A stretch of 63,460 nucleotides of DNA, the filler included, from Octopus bimaculoides (lineage: Eukaryota), in assembly GCF_001194135.2 (NCBI RefSeq). It is 6 parts of 5 records of this genome, joined end to end, with 100 filler letters (N's around TTAATTAATTAA, not from the genome) between each part and the next. Parts side by side here need not be neighbours in the genome. Positions count along the whole stretch, not along the records: positions 31,666 to 41,008 come from NC_068989.1; positions 41,109 to 58,000 come from NC_068999.1; 4 more parts are not named here. One strand, 5' to 3'. The translations under genes were made by a program, and so were the position numbers. Numbering within the stretch: position 1 is the stretch's first letter; each line of letters starts with the position of its first letter. Shown here piece by piece: positions 38,558 through 52,405 of the stretch. The notes under the pieces are model-generated. The model had not been told where the DNA came from. It made no database searches and was given only the letters and a program-made list of their open reading frames with translations.

Positions 38558-39297
38558 CACACACACACATATATATCCTATCTATCGGTATTCTGCTAAT
38601 TTCATTTTTAACACTTTTGTCGAATAGCTGTATTTGAGTATGTTACCTACAAATCTACATATCACGTATTTAACTTTCATGTATGTATGTATTTCACTTC
38701 CAGTAATTATGCATTAAAACTTCATAATAGCATTACTATTACATTTCTATTCTAAGACTGTAACATTCTTTAATATATGTTACTATCTCCGTAGAAGCAG
38801 CAGTAAATGCTCGGCTCCGTATCACTTTGTATGTTTTTAGTTGTTATCTCTTTAGAAAGTGAGATGCAAATTGATGCTATGTTGTACTCACTTGACACTT
38901 GTATCAATTCCATTTTTGCTGCCTTTTAAACAATTAATACAACATACAATACACCAGTAGCTCAAAAACCAACAGCCTTTTAATCAATTAACTAATTATT
39001 TTAAAAGAAACTCTCCCGTCACCATTGAGCTGTACACATTATTTGAAGTTAAAACTCATTATATTTTTGAACAAGCTAAGCAACCCTTCTCACATATCGG
39101 AATGTACAAAATGTACAAATTGCAAAGCTTTCTGTACTCAAACAAAAGATTAGCAGTCGAAAGTAATATGTACATACGTTGTATGTGTTTATGTGTGATT
39201 ATATTTGTGTATGCATATATGCGCTCACATACATATGTAGCCATATATGTCTATGCATTCATAGACATATATGCATTCATACATCGATACATAATAC

Positions 39298-39335
<38 letters not shown>

Positions 39336-39380
39336 NNNNNNNNNNNNNNNNNNNNNNNNNNNNNNNNNNNNNNNNNNNNN

Positions 39381-39427
<47 letters not shown>

Positions 39428-39689
39428 AAGTAACAAACCGAGGAAAAGAAGCCCTTCAAAGGGGTGTGTTAAACATCCAATTCTCTGGTACGTTAGTTGG
39501 ATACCATATAAATATTAGTATAATTCAATTATAAAGATAAATTAAATACAGATACACTATTGATATTCCTATAATTTATTCATATTACAATATTACATAA
39601 AATACTATGAATTTCATACAACATAACATAATATTTAACATAAACAATTACTAAAACCATAAAAGGCTAACAAATTGTTTCGACATGCA

Positions 39690-40390
39690 TCAGGTCATCC
39701 CATAAGTTCTGTCCGAATTTTGAATAAAGAAAACAAGTGATCAAATGTTATATTTAACTGAAATTTAATCATCAATGTACTTTCCTTGATTATCTATGAC
39801 TTCCTTCCATCTATTTACAAGCTTTTTAATCCCATCAATGTAAAACTCTTTTGGTTTCAAAGCGAAGAACTCTGAAATGTCAGTTTTAACCTCCTCCTGA
39901 CTTGCGAAAGTTATGTCCCCTAAATGATTCTGTAAACTACGAAACAAATGATAGTCTGAAGGAGAAAGGTCGGGAGAATAAGGTGGATGAGGAATTTTTT
40001 TCCCAACCAAGCTCTTCGAACTTCTGTGATGTGATCTGTGCAGTGTGGGGCCGCGCATTGACCTGATGAAACATCACTCCTTTTCGATTCACTAAAGCGG
40101 GTCATTTGTTTCTTCAAAGCTTGGTTCAAACGCTCTAATTGCTGACAGTAGACTTGAGCATTGATTGTTGCATTAGGTGGTAACAATTCAAAGTGAATTA
40201 CCCCTTTGCAATCCCACCAGATAGAGAGAAGAACCTTTTTTCCATGAAGATCCCTTCTCGGTTGTGGTTGAGCTTTTTCCCATTTACCAAGCCACTGTTT
40301 ACAAATGAAACATGAGCAATCTTAGGGAATAGTAATTAATGAGAAATTTGTGATGTTCATACCAGTTTCCCACAACAATTTGTTCATGTA
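39690..40390 (-). mobile_element. Mariner (DD34D) transposase C-terminal half with right TIR
   Basis: DLHGKKVLLSIWWD...ELLPPNATINAQVYCQQL and HPPYSPDLSPSDYHLFRSLQNHL; TIR-like TCAGGTCATCCCATAAGTTCTGTCCG at 39690. Confidence 0.92.
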
Positions 40391-40479
40391 TCGTTTATTT
40401 GTTAATGCTATTACTTTTAGCACTATCACATTGATAAATACTAGATTATTCAATTGGTTTATGCCACTGTAAGATTAGA

Positions 40480-41008
40480 AATGGGGGCATACACTATTGC
40501 AGTGTGTCGCTTCATCTACCAGTTGTGCAAATGTTTTCGGGTCGTCCCGTGGCAGCCTTTGAGAAGTGTTTCATCCAGCTCCCATCTCTGTGAAATGCTT
40601 CTTCATCTACTCTGATGATCAGGCATATGGTCGACCAACACAAGATTTTATTGCACCGGAGCCTCAGAGAAGGCAACACAATACTCAGGATCCAACTCGG
40701 AGAAACGAGCAACGTGGGCAAACAGTTTAACCTGACGCTCCAGAATCAAACAAGCAACAGAACGTATCCCAGTTTCTGAGTACAGTCGTTGGCAGGATAC
40801 GAAATCCGATCAACGGTAACCTATAAACCGGTGATGTTTTCTGCTACCAAAGAAATTCAAGTGGCTTCTAAGAGGCCCTAACAGTGTCCAAGCCTAGAAA
40901 CAGTAGTGAAAGACGAGGAAGAGAAGAGACATTAAACCCGAACCTTTGTCCTCCGTTTAGATATCGGCTTCGCCAAACATCCTCATCCAGCGAATACACA
41001 ACTGCGCC
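40480..41008 (-). mobile_element. RTE-clade LINE 3' end, degenerate
   Basis: VWRSRYL.RRTKVRV, GYR*SDFVS and ERQVKLFAHVARFSELDP match RTE C-terminal motifs. Confidence 0.8.
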
Positions 41009-41108
41009 NNNNNNNNNNNNNNNNNNNNNNNNNNNNNNNNNNNNNNNNNNNNTTAATTAATTAANNNNNNNNNNNNNNNNNNNNNNNNNNNNNNNNNNNN
41101 NNNNNNNN
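41009..41108. other. Artificial scaffold join N44-TTAATTAATTAA-N44
   Basis: Linker at 41053-41064. Confidence 0.92.
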
Positions 41109-41365
<257 letters not shown>

Positions 41366-41780
41366 GTACAAGGTAGTCGGTCTCATGGTATCAGATGTGA
41401 ACTGATCGGAAGTATCAACAGGTACATGTTTTATCTCAGTGTAAAAGAAGGGCTTCAACAAATATTCTGCTGCCAGTTGTTTGACCTTAACCAGTTAAGT
41501 ATGTTCCTTAGTGGCTGATGGTTTGTGCATTTCTGATCACGAGCAGGAGTAGTGGGGGATCATCATAGCCATGTGTGGGGAGGAATTCTTTCGAGCTTGG
41601 TAAATTCATCTCAAGAAACATGGGTGTTTCGTTCATCATATTTAAGCAACCCTTATTCAGAGACCTTTTGACTGGGATGAGCTACTGGTCAGGGATATTG
41701 GGTTTCGTATATTTGTACTACAGTGTGATTCTGATGACATGTGTTGCTCTCTCAAATAATAATAATAATAATAATAATGA
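41366..41780 (+). mobile_element. Unclassified about 390-bp insert flanked on both sides by (AAT)n
   Basis: Higher-GC unique sequence between two AAT tracts; strand is inferred from the tail. Confidence 0.4.
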
Positions 41781-44767
41781 TAAATAGCTGTGAAGCGAAT
41801 GACTAAATATTACGTTGTGAAGTTATGAGACAGAGCTAAGGAAATGAAGAAGTATTGCGATGTAGAGGTACGGTGATGATTGATAGAGGGTATTATGATG
41901 TAGAAATATAAATGTATAATGGAAGCAATGTTACGAAGTGATAGTATGAAAATCAGAGATGTTATTATGATTATGATATAGAGCTATGAGACCATGAGTA
42001 GGAGACGAAAAGAAAATTTCCATTTTATAATTTTTTTTTTTATCATTTCTTATTCAGTATATAATACTACTTTGACACGCCATCTGAACTTTATAAACTT
42101 TCTCCAAGAAACAATGGAAACAGAAAGAAAGACAAAACAAAAGAAATACGTCAGAAGAACATCTGCTAGCCGGATCAGCGCCGGCCTTGGGCTATACCGC
42201 AACAATAACAAAATCAGAGATATATATATTTTGTCCTGCATTTCGATAAAGTTGTTTGTTAATGAATTGTTTTCTCCTTTTTTCATTTCACTCATATGAA
42301 TATTCGTGGTGTATATCATAAAGTCAATAATCACGTTATGCTATGTCTATAGGCAAGAAGCTTAATGGTATAGTTTAACCAAAAGTAAGCAGACAGCATG
42401 AGTAAAGTGCTCGTTACTGCGAAGTTTTGAATTCATAGTTTTCACTCGATGTATATTGGGTTTAACATCAGGTCATGAATCTCATCACATGATGTGACTT
42501 GCTCCTGATGTCATGTGAGCCACCAATAATCAGTTCTGTGGTCGACTGGTCGGCGACTATCCTCCTCACAAAATTAGAATGCTACTTTTGTGAAGTGGAT
42601 ATCTAGATAGCAAGAAGGACTAACAAATAGACCTGTCGAGGGCCAGATGAGATCCTTCAGGGCTAATGGCCATCTAGTTGTGGAGGACAAGGTAAACCAC
42701 CCCAATATCTCTGCCCAAAAAACACTATGAGAAATTCAGAACGAAGTAACGCTATGGCTTGATCCGATGAGATACTTCGCACTAACCGAGAAATGTTTTG
42801 CTTTAGTGCCACCAACATGCTGTAAAATGTACCTCACATGACGACGATATTGGGTAGAGTGTAGATTGTCTATACTATATTGAACTTCTCATCGGAATAC
42901 TTATGGTCCATCGGGATACATATGGGACTCACCATATCTGCCTTCAAGAGGGCGGAGACATTGTTTTCTATAGATGTCATTTTAACTATTGGTAAAACTG
43001 AATATCAACCACAGAGGCCTCACTAGTGTGGAATGACTTATGAAAATAAAGATCACTGTCCCACCTTTTAAATAAACGTCAGAAAATAACTGTTTTGTTT
43101 AACTACCAACTTAGCATATATAACATTGAATATAAAGAGAATGTGAGCTAATGTTTCGGGTCCCATTTTGCCTAGGAATGAGATAAAAACAAGAAAGTGA
43201 GCTGTCGATTAGTCTGGAAAGTTACATTCTGCACGTGTTATATTTATCGAATTCTCTTATCGATCTGTCCTATTAGCTAAAGGTTGCTGACAGAGACGGT
43301 CACCATTTTTCTTAGATTCTGTAGTTTTCTCTAAAACATAAATACAAGAAGTATGTTAAACATGAAATATCCAAACGATTAAAGTGGATCGAGCATTCAG
43401 TTATAAGCTGAGATGTGTCGAATTCAGGATACACAATACTGGTTGTCTACGTTCAACTACACATGGAAAGCAGACATAACATCCTCTAGGAATATTAGTT
43501 ACTACTGTTTTAGTAGTTGTTTAGTCCCAAGTCAGTCATAGTAAGAAAGCCATATGATAAAAGGATGAATCCATATCCATTACATCATATTCTCTGATAC
43601 AGCATATCTATAAAGAGCACATCCAATATGACCAGTAACTAGACAAGAGTGCATGATAAGTTTCTGTTCCTCCACCAGCCTAAATGAAGACACTAGTCAC
43701 GAAACACAAAAAGAAAAGTAATGTTTATTTTATACTGGACTGGATTTCTCACATCAAGAACACTACTAGAAAACAAAAACAACCTATCATGCTGGAGTGA
43801 GATTCATAATATGACTGTACATGTGATGATAACGAAACTCTCCAGCTAGTTTTGGCCAGATAGAAATCCTCGAAATCACACTCATAATTAAGGAACGAGA
43901 TATGGAATGAAACGATTCTGATTCCAGCATAACCGGTAATGGGATGATGTAGTAAGAACTTACCGAGAGTTAAGGAAGAACAGTAACAACAATAACATTG
44001 ATAATACCGACATTTAAACCTCCCACCATCTTTACATTCAAGCTTCCCTTCTCAAATTACCGATTCTATAAAGTTCTCTGCATAAATCTACATGTAGCAA
44101 TCTACATAATTAAAATATTTTCATTTAGAGCATAAATCTTACTAGATATATCAAAATATCTTAATCCTCTACTCCGAAATTTACTCATAAATTTCTCACT
44201 CAAATATTGCTACACTTAATAAATTTAATAAGCATAACCTCTACCAACATTTCATCCTCTAAATGCTAAACTATCAACTATTCCTTTCTAGATTCAAATT
44301 CTATGGATACAGATTTAGTCTACCCAATTTCAGTGAACGCAAGCAACATGTATTCAGTTTACAGTAGCATGCATTCGAACCCATTTATGTTCAGAGATAA
44401 ATCTCAGAATTCATTTAGAATCAGCAAGTAGCCACCAATGCGCTTAGAAATAATTCACAGAAAAATAGTATCATTTAAAGCAGAATATTCTCTTAAGGTT
44501 TTAAGAATATCCAAAGAAGAAAGTTTCAAAAAACAATTTATACTGTTTTACAACTTTGAAATATAGCTTCCAAATAAAAATACTTAACTGAAGTGCCTTT
44601 ATAGTAAAATATTTATCACGTACAAATATTGTCAATTAACCTGCAGGACAGTGTGGTAAACTACATATTGCTTTCCTTCAAGCCACCTTTCCGCAACATT
44701 TTCCCCCACTATTTTCTGTTACTTCAAACCCTCATATTAATTAGTATCCGTAGGATACTACGCGTAT

Positions 44768-44853
44768 AACTATATCATGTATTCATATAGCGCAGGTGAA
44801 AACATAAATGAACAAAGAATTTCACCTGTGCTATATGACTACATGATGTGGTT
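44768..44853 (+). ncRNA. Candidate pri-miRNA-like hairpin (34-bp stem, 18-nt loop)
   Basis: 44768-44801 pairs with 44820-44853: 30 Watson-Crick pairs, 3 G-U pairs and 1 U-C mismatch on the plus strand. No expression evidence. Confidence 0.35.
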
Positions 44854-45829
44854 CGAGAGCCAGTTTTCACTGCTATTTCTGGCAAGGTAGTGCCTCTTCC
44901 GTACCCTTAATTATAAATATAATTATATTATTATATATTCATAATAATTATTATCTTTACGGTTTTCTCCATGCTGGATCGTTATTCTAAATAATGATAC
45001 GATCGTTATTCTAAATAATTGACCGTCCTTTATATATATATATATATATATATATATTTCCGTGAGAGTAAGAGGTTGAGAAGCCAACCAACTAAGAGAT
45101 AGTACCTATCCAATATACTCATGGTAGTGTACCCAATTATTAACACCTAAGTGCTGTTTATTGCGAGGCAATTTCGCAATTGAGTGTCATATATGGGCGG
45201 GGGTAAAAAGTTTACTCTTAATTTATATGGAAAAAAAGAAAATGTAGGGATACAAAAAAATGACATACATCACCCAGTAGACATTCTATTTTGTCTATTT
45301 ATTCTAAAACATAAAGAACTATTATAAGAATACATACACATGCAAAGACTGTGTGTTACACACACATATTCACTAGTAATACATAAAAGAGTAAAAGATC
45401 AGTTCCTTAATGCCGTTTCTGCCAAGAGGCCGTAAGGAAGAGAGTCAATACATACAAGAATCAGTTACCAATAAGTACAGTATATTTTTTCTTATTGAAG
45501 AGGGCATAAGAAGTATACGAGCAAAACTTAGATTGTGAGAGGAGTACAACTTAGTAAAATGGATTACGTATAGGAAAGGGAAATAAGTCATAGACTTCCA
45601 GTGTTGCCTTCCAAGATTCATGTTATTTCGTCCAGTGGTGGATAGGTGGATATAGTCGTTCTTAGGAGGAATATTTTAGGAAGGGTGAATTTAGGTAGTG
45701 GTCCTTAATTTGTTTACATATACATACACATTATGTTTACAGTATTGGATTTGAAAGTATGGTCCGTGTTTCGGAGGAGGAAGTTTATATGTAACATACC
45801 AGCTGGTACCAAAGAGAGTATGGCACCAG

Positions 45830-46050
45830 ATGGTGACGAAATTACGGTGTTCGTGTTCGTAATTTCTTCGATCAACAATTCCCTGAATCTTTGTGTGCAG
45901 TGGGGTCGAGGTCATGGTCAGTCCTGTAACCTTTATTGGCTCTCCTAACCATTTAGACCGACTGAAGAAGTCTAGAGGCACGCTCAACATCCAAACTTTA
46001 TCTACCCATTCCTACAGAACACTGAAGAGACGGAGATGTCATGGAAGATA
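45830..46050 (+). mobile_element. Highly decayed Tc1/mariner-type DDE remnant
   Basis: YGVRVRNFFDQQFP followed by a GSPNHLD segment, resembling VR.FLD..FP...WP.RSPDL.PLD. Confidence 0.35.
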
Positions 46051-46125
46051 GACGAAATAGAATGTCTACCGACTGATGCATGCAATTTTTGTATCCTCTC
46101 CATTTTCTCTTTAGCTCTCTCTCTC

Positions 46126-46178
<53 letters not shown>

Positions 46179-46407
46179 NNNNNNNNNNNNNNNNNNNNNN
46201 NNNNNNNNNNNNNNNNNNNNNNNNNNNNNNNNNNNNNNNNNNNNNNNNNNNNNNNNNNNNNNNNNNNNNNNNNNNNNNNNNNNNNNNNNNNNNNNNNNNN
46301 NNNNNNNNNNNNNNNNNNNNNNNNNNNNNNNNNNNNNNNNNNNNNNNNNNNNNNNNNNNNNNNNNNNNNNNNNNNNNNNNTATATATATATATATATATA
46401 TATATTC

Positions 46408-46600
46408 TTCACCCGTTTATTACTGTTCTTATTTTATTATTTTAACGCCTGTTCGTTGTCCAGAAATCTTTCGTCACACATCTATGACCTGTTCAGCGAC
46501 ACTTTTCGTTTCGTGTGTGTTCTTGATCCACTTACTCCATTCTGTTCTTCTAAGGTGTGTATCCTTATGCGCACATGCGTTTGCGTCCGTGTTTCTGTGT
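46408..46600 (+). repeat. Left arm of an about 190-bp inverted repeat (partner 47771-47963)
   Basis: CGTCACACATCTATGACCTGTTCAGC... aligns by eye with the reverse complement of ...GCTGAACAGGTCACAGATGTGTGACG along the whole arm. Confidence 0.85.
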
Positions 46601-46644
46601 GAGTGTGGATAGCTATTGCAGATCACACTGGTCCTTTCTGTAGA

Positions 46645-47190
46645 ACAGCACAGAAAGGACCAGTAATAGGATAAGGCCAACACTTGGTATGACAACAAAA
46701 AATACCAGAGTGTCATGTTCATTGATGCTACCCCTGGCATCGAACTAGCAAACCTTTTTAGAAAAGCATTAAGTAAGGTTAATGTACAAAGTAAAATAGT
46801 AGAGAGACCTGGTGCCCCTTTAAAATCCCTGATCTGTATTACCTATCCATTTGATAAGCATCCCTGTGCGGAGTACAGTTGTGTTCTATGTAGAATGAAC
46901 CCACAGATTAACTGTAAGTTTAGGAATGTAGTATATAGCTTTTGGTTGTACTGAATGTCGGTGCAGAAACATGACAACTGCCTACGCAGGAGAGACTGCA
47001 TGTAGCATAGGAGAGCGTATAGGTGAACATTAGTAAGAGCTCAAAGAAGGGAAAAGCTCGTTAGCGCTCGACCGATATGCTTAGGCAAAATATGGAGGCT
47101 TGATGACATGACACTTAGACAGATTACAGAATTTACACACATAACACCAGACAGACCCAGCCTCAATAGAAAACATGAATGGAACAGTAA
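46645..47190 (+). mobile_element. Penelope-like element C-terminus with GIY-YIG endonuclease, 5'-truncated and degenerate
   Basis: WY...YQSVMFIDATPG, IVERPG, C...C.LC...C...NVVY, YAGET...RIGEH, RQITE and LNRKHEW. Confidence 0.82.
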
Positions 47191-47770
47191 TACCCACCGA
47201 CACGCCACACCACATTACTAAAGGCAGTTCGGATGTGATGAGAGTAGGAAAGGGGGGAATACACAGAAACATACAGAGTAATACACACACAATGTATGCT
47301 CTTACCTGTGATATGAGAAATAGAGAGATGTATAAAAAAAGTAAATAAGTAAATGAATAAATATATAAATATATAATTAAATGAATATGTAAACATATCT
47401 GAAATATACCTGTGATAAATGAAAGACAGAGAAATATAGAATAAAGAAATAAATAAAACTATATAAAGGGCATGGATACATACGAAGCAAACCCATACAC
47501 ACACGCATGAAACTTCATGGACGGCCATACGATGTCAGCAACACAACTAACACGGCCAGCAGCGGCGGCGGTATCGACGATTCGATAACAACTATCACGA
47601 TGGCAACACTGTGGGCAAACACACAATAACATAAGAATACAGAAACTCTACCGTTTTTTTTTCTCGGGTCTTACGACAGCAGCTGCACAATGGGGTGAGA
47701 GGATGGGGCTGAGGAGAAGGCCATACTTCTGCTAAAAACTATGACACACACACAAGCATACACACATATA

Positions 47771-47963
47771 CACACAAACAAGGACACAGATGCATGTACA
47801 CATAAGGATACACATCTTAAAAGAACAGAATTGAGTAAGTAGAGCAAGAACACACACAGAAACAAAAAGTGTTGCTGAACAGGTCACAGATGTGTGACGA
47901 TAGATTTCCGGACAATGGATATGAGTTAAAATAATAAAATAAAAACAGTAATAAAATGGTGAA
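47771..47963 (-). repeat. Right arm of the inverted repeat (partner 46408-46600)
   Basis: See left arm. Confidence 0.85.
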
Positions 47964-48160
47964 GTTAAAAATAGAGAGAGCATGTTTCTTTGGTACAAAG
48001 TAAATAATAAATAAATAAAATGACCATCCCGAAATACAACAATATCTGTTTCAACACGCGGTTTCACATCAAGAATCTTGCAAAACGAATTGATAAACGT
48101 AAATATACGTATATATATACGTGTGTGTATATAAATATATATATGTGTGTATATATATAG

Positions 48161-48260
<100 letters not shown>

Positions 48261-48789
48261 ATACACACAAACGCACACACATTCATACATACGGATACAC
48301 GCACTCATATTACTTCTCTTAGAAAATTTGTCACATAAAAGAATTTAACACAGCTAAAAAGGTAATTTCGGTACTCTTTGATTTCTTCACTTGTTTACTA
48401 TCAACCACCAGATGTTTGCTAACATTGTTTTTAGTTACTTCAAAAAAAAAAAAAAATTGTATGCTGTACACCAAATAAGGATATAATTAACCTTTTTCTC
48501 GTCGCTCATTATTTAATCTATATTTCTTTCGTGTCCGCTTCTGTCTATTTGTGTTTATTCTCCAAATAATTGTTTCGTGAATAATCATAGTTTTCCCAAA
48601 TTTGAATGAGCTGCAGACAAAATATGATGATTAGGTTCTATACCTAAAAATAGCAGAGGTTATACTATCTTTATATATATATGTCTGTTTTGTGCTATTT
48701 GTATTTTTCTATATTCTTCCTAGAACATAAGAGTTATTTCTCTTAAATCATTATTTTTTTAAATGATATATATATCTTTTCATGCGATC

Positions 48790-49220
48790 GGCTTTCGCTG
48801 AAGGAGTCAGTTCGACACAGCTGCCCTCCTTTGAGTTTCTTGCCGTGATATAGGTTCATTTGGGACCTTGGAAAGCAAAAGATGAAGTTGTTTTTTGAAG
48901 ACATCTTTCCCTACTCCATGAAGATCCCACATATGTTTTGGCAAGGCATTAAATAGGTGAGGAGGCCTTGAATCACGAGCTACTAGATTACATGATCCTC
49001 ATTCTAGACAGGATAGCTGGGACATTTAGAACAGTGCAACGACGTCCAGTTCGGGGTAAATGAAGCTCTTGATGCCAAAGCTTAGTGCCAACCCTTCCGG
49101 GATCCTCAATACGAATATTACTGCATGCCTCTCACATCGTCGCTCCAGAGGATAGATTTGTAGCTCTTTCAGTTTCTGTAGTCTGTCAGACGAAGGCCTT
49201 GATGAATACCACAAGGTATG
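48790..49220 (-). mobile_element. CR1-type LINE 3' end, degenerate
   Basis: RLQKLKELQIYPLERRCER, LFNALPK..DLHGV..DVFKKQL..LLSKVPNEP..RQE..RRAA; same type as 37645-38170. Confidence 0.78.
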
Positions 49221-49647
49221 AAAATACGTATACGCCTTTATATATTTAATTCTTTATATTGAACACTCAATATTTCATATATTCAATAAGACATATTTCA
49301 TATATTCAATAAGACATTCAATACTTCATTTCATTGTACCATCTATTATAATATGATATATTATATATTCCATATTCTATATCCCGCATTAATTTTACAA
49401 GAATATAAACAAAACATAAAAAACAGACAGAGTTGGAACTCTTTTAAATAAAATAATATATTCCTCTANNNNNNNNNNNNNNNNNNNNNNNNNNNNNNNN
49501 NNNNNNNNNNNNNNNNNNNNNNNNNNNNNNNNNNNNNNNNNNNNNNNNNNNNNNNNNNNNNNNNNNNNNNNNNNNNNNNNNNNNNNNNNNNNNNNNNNNN
49601 NNNNNNNNNNNNNNNNNNNNNNNNNNNNNNNNNNNNNNNNNNNNNNN

Positions 49648-49694
<47 letters not shown>

Positions 49695-50456
49695 ATATCT
49701 AATTATGTTATCAAATTCATTAGCCAACAGACATTTCAGTTATAAGACGCAATGCAATCGTAAGCAAATATTCAACTATGAGTGCATTGCATCTTTTATC
49801 AGAAACAGCGGTAAGCTAATGAAATTCGTAATATAATTGCTTATTTCCATTGACATCCTAGTTATTTGCATAACTATTTGTATGAATATATATACATATG
49901 TGTCTGCGTCTGCGTGTGTGTATGTATGTATGTATGTATGTATGTATGCATGCATGTATGCGTGTATGCATGTATGTATATTATCGACCGCACATACTCA
50001 GTGTAGGTTTTGCTTCGCTGATGCATACGTATACGTAAGATTAAATAAGTATATGCGGTCGATAAGGTTTGCAACGCTGGTGCTGCTTTTCATCTATAAT
50101 GGAATTTAATCTTATGTATGCATTGTCATGGCATACTAGCAAATGGTTCTAAAAATATTTGCATATCGAAGTAGACTGGCAATTTAATTCGGCTCGTCTT
50201 TGGTTCAGGTACGTACCTTTGATAAGCTACAAAAATGGCAAAATTTTTATATTCATCACTCCGAGAGGGATTACAAACGGGTTGCCTCGCCTGCCTATTG
50301 TTTCCAGATGTTCTAACACCTATTGAATAGGGGGATTCGTCCCCAAAGCACTATGAAGCAGCTAGACGGCGAACCAGCAAAATACATACATTGGAATGTG
50401 AGGTTGATAACGTTTACAACAAAAGCGCTGCTTTCAATTCGTAATTGAATACATAA

Positions 50457-50503
<47 letters not shown>

Positions 50504-52034
50504 NNNNNNNNNNNNNNNNNNNNNNNNNNNNNNNNNNNNNNNNNNNNNNNNNNNNNNNNNNNNNNNNNNNNNNNNNNNNNNNNNNNNNNNNNNNNNNNNN
50601 NNNNNNNNNNNNNNNNNNNNNNNNNNNNNNNNNNNNNNNNNNNNNNNNNNNNNNNNNNNNNNNNNNNNNNNNNNNNNNNNNNNNNNNNNNNNNNNNNNNN
50701 NNNNNNNNNNNNNNNNNNNNNNNNNNNNNNNNNNNNNNNNNNNNNNNNNNNNNNNNNNNNNNNNNNNNNNNNNNNNNNNNNNNNNNNNNNNNNNNNNNNN
50801 NNNNNNNNNNNNNNNNNNNNNNNNNNNNNNNNNNNNNNNNNNNNNNNNNNNNNNNNNNNNNNNNNNNNNNNNNNNNNNNNNNNNNNNNNNNNNNNNNNNN
50901 NNNNNNNNNNNNNNNNNNNNNNNNNNNNNNNNNNNNNNNNNNNNNNNNNNNNNNNNNNNNNNNNNNNNNNNNNNNNNNNNNNNNNNNNNNNNNNNNNNNN
51001 NNNNNNNNNNNNNNNNNNNNNNNNNNNNNNNNNNNNNNNNNNNNNNNNNNNNNNNNNNNNNNNNNNNNNNNNNNNNNNNNNNNNNNNNNNNNNNNNNNNN
51101 NNNNNNNNNNNNNNNNNNNNNNNNNNNNNNNNNNNNNNNNNNNNNNNNNNNNNNNNNNNNNNNNNNNNNNNNNNNNNNNNNTATTCAAATATATATGTAT
51201 GCATTTATATATATGTATATATAAATATATTACATATATATATACATATATATAATTGTCTGTGTGCACGTGGGTGTGAATACGTATTTGTATGTATCTC
51301 TGTGAGTGTGTGTGAGTATGTGTGTGTGTCTGTGCGTCTGTGAGTGTCTGTGTGTCTGCGTATGTGTCTCTGTGTGTGAGTATCTGTGTGTCTGTGTGTG
51401 TGTGTATGTACTAATATTCACGAAATTGAATCGAATTCAAGTTTGATATTTTGGGGAATTTTATAAATTGAAAATATATCGTATAATGAATAAGTTTCTC
51501 GCCATCGAATTTTTACCAATTTGCTGCTCGACAATTCTTTGTGGAAAAAAAAAGACGAAATTAGTTTCAGTGTTTCGTTTATTTTATCATAAAGAAAATA
51601 TTTACTCTCTACTTAGTTGTGGTGAAATCTCTAGCTTCGTAATATATAATACATATTTCGAATGTGTGTATATTATATATGCCATAGCAGTAATACATTT
51701 TTAATATAGATTGTGTTCTTTGATGTACAATATCTTAAAATGATATATATCCTGTAACTGTGTGTATGCCTTCTAGTATTGTAATTTTCCTAAGATCAAG
51801 TAAGCGTTTTTATTTAGAATCGTTTTCAGGTATGATAATATCGCCATATATATGTACGTATCTTCTCCTAAATATCGCATATATGTTTTGACATAACTGT
51901 CTAATTATGTGTTTCTAATTATATATGTTTTGACATAACCTGTCTAATTATAATGGAAAGTATGATGTATGGCATGTCTGTATTAATGTGGCTAAAACTA
52001 CCCTAATCAGTCTGAAATGAATACAGTAAGATAT

Positions 52035-52195
52035 GGGTGAGTTGTAAGAAGCTTGCTTCCCAACCACATGGTTCAGGGTTCAGTCCCACTGCGTTGCACC
52101 TGGCGAAAGTGTCTTCTACAATAGACTCTGGTCGACCAAAGCCCTGTTAGTGGATTTGGTGGGCGGAAACGGAAAAGAATCCCGTTGCATATATG
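52035..52195 (+). mobile_element. SINE family C
   Basis: GTAAGAAGCTTGCTTCCCAACCACATGGTTCAGGGTTCAGTCCC tRNA-like head. Confidence 0.75.
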
Positions 52196-52257
52196 TGCAT
52201 ATATCTATGTGTATATGTACTTGTGCTTGTGCATATCTCTCACTACCGTATATGTCC

Positions 52258-52405
52258 TACATAACTTAGCGGTTCTGCAAAAGAGACCGATAGAATAAGT
52301 ACCAAGCTTAAAAAAAAATAAGTACTAAGTTCGATTCATTCGACTAAAATTCTTCAAGTCGATTTTCCAGGATAGCCACAGTCTAATGACTGTAAAAATT
52401 AAAAG
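52258..52405 (-). mobile_element. SINE-like family D
   Basis: Reverse-complement homology. Confidence 0.65.

Noticed and set aside
42780-42960. Possible AP-endonuclease remnant on the minus strand
   Set aside because: Only vague resemblance (IVVM*G); not supportable.
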